This document shows, piece after piece, positions 46,356-51,083 of a stretch of 51,083 bases of DNA (its first letter is position 1; each line of letters opens with the position of its first letter). The stretch covers positions 1 through 51,083 of the forward strand of contig PXUB01000046.1 in the NCBI GenBank assembly GCA_003009755.1. The letters run 5' to 3'. The notes under the pieces were generated by a model, which saw only the letters and a program-made list of their open reading frames with translations, searched no databases and was not told the origin of the DNA. Origin of the DNA: Thermoplasmatales archaeon SW_10_69_26. GTDB taxonomy: Archaea > Thermoplasmatota > SW-10-69-26. Both the position numbers and the translations under genes were made by a program.

Positions 46356-47560
46356 AGGTCGCGATGATCGGCTGGGAGTTCCCTCCGTTCATCGCGGGCG
46401 GGTTGGGCGTGCACAGCCTCGAGCTCACGGCCGGGCTGGCCCGCTCGGGGGTGGACATCGACTTCTACATGCCCCGGATGGAGACCGGCGAGGACCAGCC
46501 CCAGCCGGGCAGCCACCACGACCACGTGGAGATCAACGAGGTCGCCGCCGCGCCCGCCGAGAGCCCCTACGCCGGGACCGGCGGCTCGCAGACGAGCGAG
46601 GGCGCCGGCTACGGCGACGACTTCAACCAGGCCGTCGACCGGTACAACGACCGCGTCGTCGACGCCTTCGACGCCCACGACGCCGACCTGTTGCACTGCC
46701 ACGACTGGATCACGGTGCCCGGCGCGCTCGAGATCCGACGGCGCACCGGGCTCCCGCTCGTCTTCACCGTCCACAGCACCGAGTACGACCGCAGCGCCGG
46801 CCTGGACCCCCAGCACTGGATCGAGACCATCGAGCGCCGCGGCGTGCACGAGGCCGAGCGCGTGATCGCCGTCAGCGAGTACACGAAACAGCTCGTCGAG
46901 GATCGCTACGACGCCGACCCCGACACCGTGGTCGCGATCCACAACGGCGTCGACCTCGCTCGGTGGGACCAACCGCCCGAGCCCCGCACCGAGCAGACGG
47001 CCGGCACGGTGCTGTTCCTCTCGCGGCTCGTCCGTCAAAAGGGCCCGCTGTTCTTCCTCGAGGCCGCCGAGCGCGTGCTCGAACAGGCCCCCCAGGCCCG
47101 GTTCGTCGTGACCGGCAAGGGCTCGATGCTGCGCGAGTGCCTCGAGCACACGATCGATCGCGGCATCGCCGACCGCGTGCACTTCACCGGGTTCGTCCCC
47201 GAGGAGGAGCTGGCCGAGGTCTACCAGGCCAGCGACGTGTACGTGCTGCCCAGCGTCAGCGAACCGTTCGGGATCACCGTCCTGGAAGCGATGGCCTCCG
47301 GCGTGCCGACGATCGTCTCGAAGACCAGCGGCGTCGGCGAAGCGCTGGACCACGTGCTCACGGTCGACTTCTGGGACACCGACGAGCTGGCCGACCTCAT
47401 CCTGGGCGTGCTCGACCACGAGCCGCTGCGCTCCGAGATGCGCACCCGGGGCGGCGAGGAGGTCCGCCAGTTCTCCTGGGACGACACCTGCCGCGAAACG
47501 CTGTCCGTCTACGAGGATCTGCTTCAAGAGACACCGACCGTCGAGGTGACCGCGAGATGA
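46352..47560 (+). CDS. GT4 glycogen-synthase-like glycosyltransferase
   Basis: GWEFPP...GGLG, HCHDW, VHSTEYDRS, PSVSEPFGITVLEA. Confidence 0.9.
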   Translation: MKVAMIGWEFPPFIAGGLGVHSLELTAGLARSGVDIDFYMPRMETGEDQPQPGSHHDHVEINEVAAAPAESPYAGTGGSQTSEGAGYGDDFNQAVDRYNDRVVDAFDAHDADLLHCHDWITVPGALEIRRRTGLPLVFTVHSTEYDRSAGLDPQHWIETIERRGVHEAERVIAVSEYTKQLVEDRYDADPDTVVAIHNGVDLARWDQPPEPRTEQTAGTVLFLSRLVRQKGPLFFLEAAERVLEQAPQARFVVTGKGSMLRECLEHTIDRGIADRVHFTGFVPEEELAEVYQASDVYVLPSVSEPFGITVLEAMASGVPTIVSKTSGVGEALDHVLTVDFWDTDELADLILGVLDHEPLRSEMRTRGGEEVRQFSWDDTCRETLSVYEDLLQETPTVEVTAR

Positions 47561-48804
47561 CGTCGATCTGCCTGTACTTCCAAGTCCACCAACCCCGCCG
47601 CCTGCGCCGCATCCAGTCCTTCAAACCCCCCACCGAGCCCGACTACTGGGACGCCGAGGAGAACGAGCGCATCCTCGACCGGGCGGCCGAGAAGTGCTAT
47701 CTGCCCGCCAACGAGACGATCCGCGATCTGATCCACGAGACCGACGGCCGGTTCAAGGTCGCCTTCTCGCTCAGCGGCGTCTTCCTCGACCAGGCCCGTC
47801 GCCACCGGCCCGACGTGCTCGCGTCCTTCCGGGAGCTGGCGCGCACCGGCAACGTCGAGTTCCTCGCCGAGACCTACTACCACTCGCTGGCCGGTCTCTG
47901 GGACGAGGGCACCGAGTTCGAGGCCCAGGTTCGCCGGCACGGGGAGGCGATCGAGCGAGAGTTCGGCCACGAACCGACGGTGTTCCGCAACACCGAGCTC
48001 ATCTACGACGACCGGATCGCCGACCAGGTGGACGGGCTCGGGTACGAGGCGATCTTGACCGAGGGCAGCGATCGGCTGTTGGGCTGGCGTTCGCCCAACC
48101 ACCTCTACGAGCCCCAGAGCGAGGGCAACGATCTGTCCGTCCTGTTGAAGAACTACCAGCTCAGCGACGACGTCGCCTTCCGCTTCTCGACACCCGGCTG
48201 GAGCGAGCAACCGCTCACGGCCGACAAGTTCACCGCGTGGCTGGACGAGACGCCCGGCGAGACGATCAACCTGTTCATGGACTACGAGACGTTCGGCGAA
48301 CACCAGTGGCCCCAAACGGGCATCTTCGATTTCCTCGAAGCCCTCCCGCGCCACGTCGACGAACGCTCGGGCCTGTCCTTCGCGTCGCCGAGCGAGCTCG
48401 TGGACGAGCTGGACCCGGTCGGCACGATCGAGGCGCCCCAGGCCGTGTCCTGGGCCGACCAGGAGCGCGACGTCTCCGCCTGGCTGCACAACAAGATGCA
48501 GCAGGAGTGCTTCGCCGAGCTGCAACGGCTGGAGCCGCTGGTCCACGCGGTCGGCGACCGGGACCTGATGCAGGCCTGGCGGTTGTTGCAGACGAGCGAC
48601 CACCTGTACTACTGCTCGACGAAGGGCTACGGGGACCAGGAGATCCACGAGTACTTCTCGCCCTACGATTCGCCCTACGTGGCCTACATCAACTTCATGA
48701 ACGCGTTGGGCGACCTGAAGGAGAAGGCCCGTCGCCGCCTCCGCGAGCAGGGGGAGACCGAGATCGAAGCCACCGCTCCCGCCCAAGCCCCCCTCCCGGG
48801 CTGA
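47557..48804 (+). CDS. GH57 alpha-amylase family protein
   Basis: FQVHQP, ETYYHSL, FRNTELIY, FMDYETFGEHQW, LQTSDHLYY. Confidence 0.93.
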   Translation: MTSICLYFQVHQPRRLRRIQSFKPPTEPDYWDAEENERILDRAAEKCYLPANETIRDLIHETDGRFKVAFSLSGVFLDQARRHRPDVLASFRELARTGNVEFLAETYYHSLAGLWDEGTEFEAQVRRHGEAIEREFGHEPTVFRNTELIYDDRIADQVDGLGYEAILTEGSDRLLGWRSPNHLYEPQSEGNDLSVLLKNYQLSDDVAFRFSTPGWSEQPLTADKFTAWLDETPGETINLFMDYETFGEHQWPQTGIFDFLEALPRHVDERSGLSFASPSELVDELDPVGTIEAPQAVSWADQERDVSAWLHNKMQQECFAELQRLEPLVHAVGDRDLMQAWRLLQTSDHLYYCSTKGYGDQEIHEYFSPYDSPYVAYINFMNALGDLKEKARRRLREQGETEIEATAPAQAPLPG

Positions 48805-48955
48805 GGCGGGACCCGGAGACGTCCGGATGAAGACCCATCCCGGGCGATCTCGCTATCCCGACGCTCGCCGGACGGCGAGCCTCGGCGGGTGGGACCACCG
48901 TCTCCACGGCCCTTGCACCCACCCGCCCTCACCCCTTCCTCGCGCAGGGTGGAGG

Positions 48956-49447
48956 CTAGCCGTCGTTGGCGAGCGTGACGCCTTGCTGGTCCTGGTAGTT
49001 GCCCGATCGCTCCTCGTACAACGCCTCGGCATCCCCGGTCAGGGCTTCGAAGGCGATCTGGCAGAACCGCTCGCCGATCGGGATCTCCACGGCCTCCCGA
49101 GCCGCGTTGAAGCAGCTGATCGTCAACGTGCCCGAGAAGCCGGCCTCCACCTTGCCGAAGGCGGCCATGACGCCTCGACGGGCGAACGTCGTCCGCAGCC
49201 ACAGCTGGGCGCACAGGCTCGAGCCGAGGGTGACCGTCTCGGCGGTGGAGACGACGAACCGCTCGCGGGGCGGGATGCGGGCCAGGCCCTCCTCGCGCAA
49301 GGTATCCGGTTCCCGGTCGGGCAACAGGACCTCGGCGACGGAGAGGTCGTAGCCGTTCGGGGTGAGGTTCTCGGGGTCGAAGGGGTCGATCCCGAGCATC
49401 TCATCCTCCACGAGTGCCTGGATCGTGCTGTCGGCGAGGACGGGCAT
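48956..49447 (-). CDS. dcd: dCTP deaminase
   Basis: PNGYDL, RTTFARRG, VEAGFSGTLTI, RFCQIAF, YQDQQGV. Confidence 0.85.
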   Translation of the reverse strand: MPVLADSTIQALVEDEMLGIDPFDPENLTPNGYDLSVAEVLLPDREPDTLREEGLARIPPRERFVVSTAETVTLGSSLCAQLWLRTTFARRGVMAAFGKVEAGFSGTLTISCFNAAREAVEIPIGERFCQIAFEALTGDAEALYEERSGNYQDQQGVTLANDG

Positions 49448-49513
49448 CCTGGAACGTGAGGCAGGCCTCGGCCTTGACGCCCCAGGGGGAGGCTTCGTCT
49501 GCGACGGGTGCAG

Positions 49514-49931
49514 CTACTCCAGGCGGACGACCTGCACCGGGCAGGGGGCCTGGCGGACGAGCTCGGCGGCCACCGACCCCACGTGGTAGTCGCCGCCGTT
49601 GACGTTCGCCATCCGTCGGGTACCGATGACGACGAGGTCACGGGGCGCCAGCTCGTCGAGGATCTCCTGGGTCACGTCGTCGCGACCGGCGGTGCGCTTC
49701 GTGAGCTCGACGTTCCACTTCTCGCACAGCTTCTCGATGAACGAGAAGTGGTCCTCGTGCAGCTCCTCCTCGCGCCCGCTGGTGACGTGCAGGGCGTGGA
49801 CGCGGATGTCGAGCGAGGCGGCCAACTCGGTCGCCCACTGCTGGGCCTCGAACTCCCGATCGGAACCCTCGACCGGGACGACGATCCTGTCCATCGGCTG
49901 GAACGAATCCGGAGCCTCGCGAGGGGGCATG
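49514..49931 (-). CDS. Universal stress protein
   Basis: RIVVPVEGS, DLVVIG, VGSVAAELVRQAPCPVQVVR; start uncertain. Confidence 0.88.
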
Positions 49932-50064
49932 GTACTATCATGCATGGCGGCGACCATGATGTTTTGGGGTGGGACCCCAGCCCGGGATTGATGTGCGATG
50001 AGGCGCGAGGACGGCCGCGTCCCTCGGCCCAGACCCTGAAAAGGGCGGGCAGCGTTCGGTCGGC

Positions 50065-50889
50065 GTGTCCTCGCTGGCGCTGCCGTTGGCGGTGCTCGCC
50101 GAGCTGGCCGAGCCCCGGTCGACGATCGCGCTCGCCGAGACGTTGGACCGGGACCAAGTCGACGTCGAGCAGGCCGTCGCCCGCCTCGAGGAGGCCGGGC
50201 TCGTCGAACGCGAGGGCTTCGGCGCCAAGACCCAACTGGTGCCGGTGGGCCCGGATCTGCCGCGGTTGGCCGGCCAGGCGCGCTCGGCGACGAGCGGCGA
50301 AGCCTGGCAAGCGCTGTTCGGGGAACAGCGGGCCCAGCTGGCCTACGTTCTCGATGCCGTGCCTCGCCTCGAGCTGGCCGCTTGCGTGCTCGACGAGCCT
50401 GTGGAAGCCATCCGCGGGGACGCGTTCGACCTCGTCGAGGTCGGCGTCCTGGCGACCGAGCCCTTCCAGCTGGACCCCGCGATCGCCGGCTTGGGCGATC
50501 TGTTGGCCGCGATCGACGCCTTGCGGGCCCGCAAGTGGGTGCAGGCGCGGACCCTGGAGGGCGAGGTCGTCTGGCACCTGGGCCCCGAGATCGTCTTCCG
50601 CGCCGATCCGCCGGTCAACGATCCCGAGGTGGCCTACGGTGGACCCTCGGCGTTCGACGACCACGGCCTCGCCTGGGACGGACCCGAAGATGTGTACGTG
50701 CGAACGCGGCGGACCCTCGACGCAAGCGACGCCATCCTGCATTCGCTTCTCGTCTACCCGCACGACGAGGACGTGCGCGAGGCTTGCCGGCAGCTTTTCG
50801 CCAGCGAGCCGACGCCGACCTTCGACGAGAAAGCCGAGATCTACGGGCTCGGGGACGACGCTCGGGACCTCGACGAGGCAGCCGTGTGA
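50065..50889 (+). CDS. Winged-HTH protein with uncharacterised C-terminal domain
   Basis: TIALAETLDRD...VARLEEAGLV N-terminal wHTH; acidic coding-like sequence. Confidence 0.6.
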   Translation: MSSLALPLAVLAELAEPRSTIALAETLDRDQVDVEQAVARLEEAGLVEREGFGAKTQLVPVGPDLPRLAGQARSATSGEAWQALFGEQRAQLAYVLDAVPRLELAACVLDEPVEAIRGDAFDLVEVGVLATEPFQLDPAIAGLGDLLAAIDALRARKWVQARTLEGEVVWHLGPEIVFRADPPVNDPEVAYGGPSAFDDHGLAWDGPEDVYVRTRRTLDASDAILHSLLVYPHDEDVREACRQLFASEPTPTFDEKAEIYGLGDDARDLDEAAV

Positions 50890-50956
50890 TGACCTTCCCC
50901 GCCAACTACAAATAGGGCGTCCTGGTTCCAAGCCGCGCTTGGGTTCAACTCCTAAC

Positions 50957-51041
<85 letters not shown>

Positions 51042-51083
51042 CTTCTCAACAGTCCCCCACCGGGTCACAGCTAGTCGTGCGGA

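Noticed and set aside
50915-50956. T-arm-like GGTTCAACTCC upstream of tRNA-Leu
   Set aside because: No acceptor or anticodon arms can be formed; probably promoter/leader sequence

Overview
A 51-kb high-GC window from an archaeon. It has BRE/TATA promoters, an intron-less tRNA-Met that closely resembles the Thermoplasma elongator tRNA-Met as I recall it, and a strongly acidic proteome. A halophilic Thermoplasmatota lineage is my inference. The left end holds an ars operon (ArsR, permease, ArsN2), a blue-copper protein, a broken bioY, two receiver genes (one frameshifted), housekeeping genes (rpiA, kptA, ribA, glyA) and tRNA-Met and tRNA-Gln. A tandem pair of large secreted repeat proteins follows, the second a subtilase. 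Positions ~18.7-43.7 kb form a 25-kb surface-glycan locus: an NdvB/BcsA-like processive glucan synthase coupled to a V4R protein, an exported GH-A hydrolase with six PKD domains and an expansin-like tail, two PQQ sugar dehydrogenases, an FG-GAP lipoprotein, a flippase, GT2/GT4/GT-C enzymes, an AlkP-superfamily plus nucleotidyltransferase pair, and several regulators. The right end has a GH15-GT4-GH57 alpha-glucan operon, dcd, a USP and tRNA-Leu. The main candidates for novelty are (i) the archaeal beta-glucan/EPS system, (ii) a shared (SE)[IV]P-TM-Arg C-terminal sorting signal on five secreted proteins, (iii) cloverleaf tRNA-linked repeats carrying each cognate tRNA's 3' end, and (iv) a dispersed CTAG-bounded hairpin repeat with a covarying stem. 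All calls come from motif recognition by eye; no searches were run.
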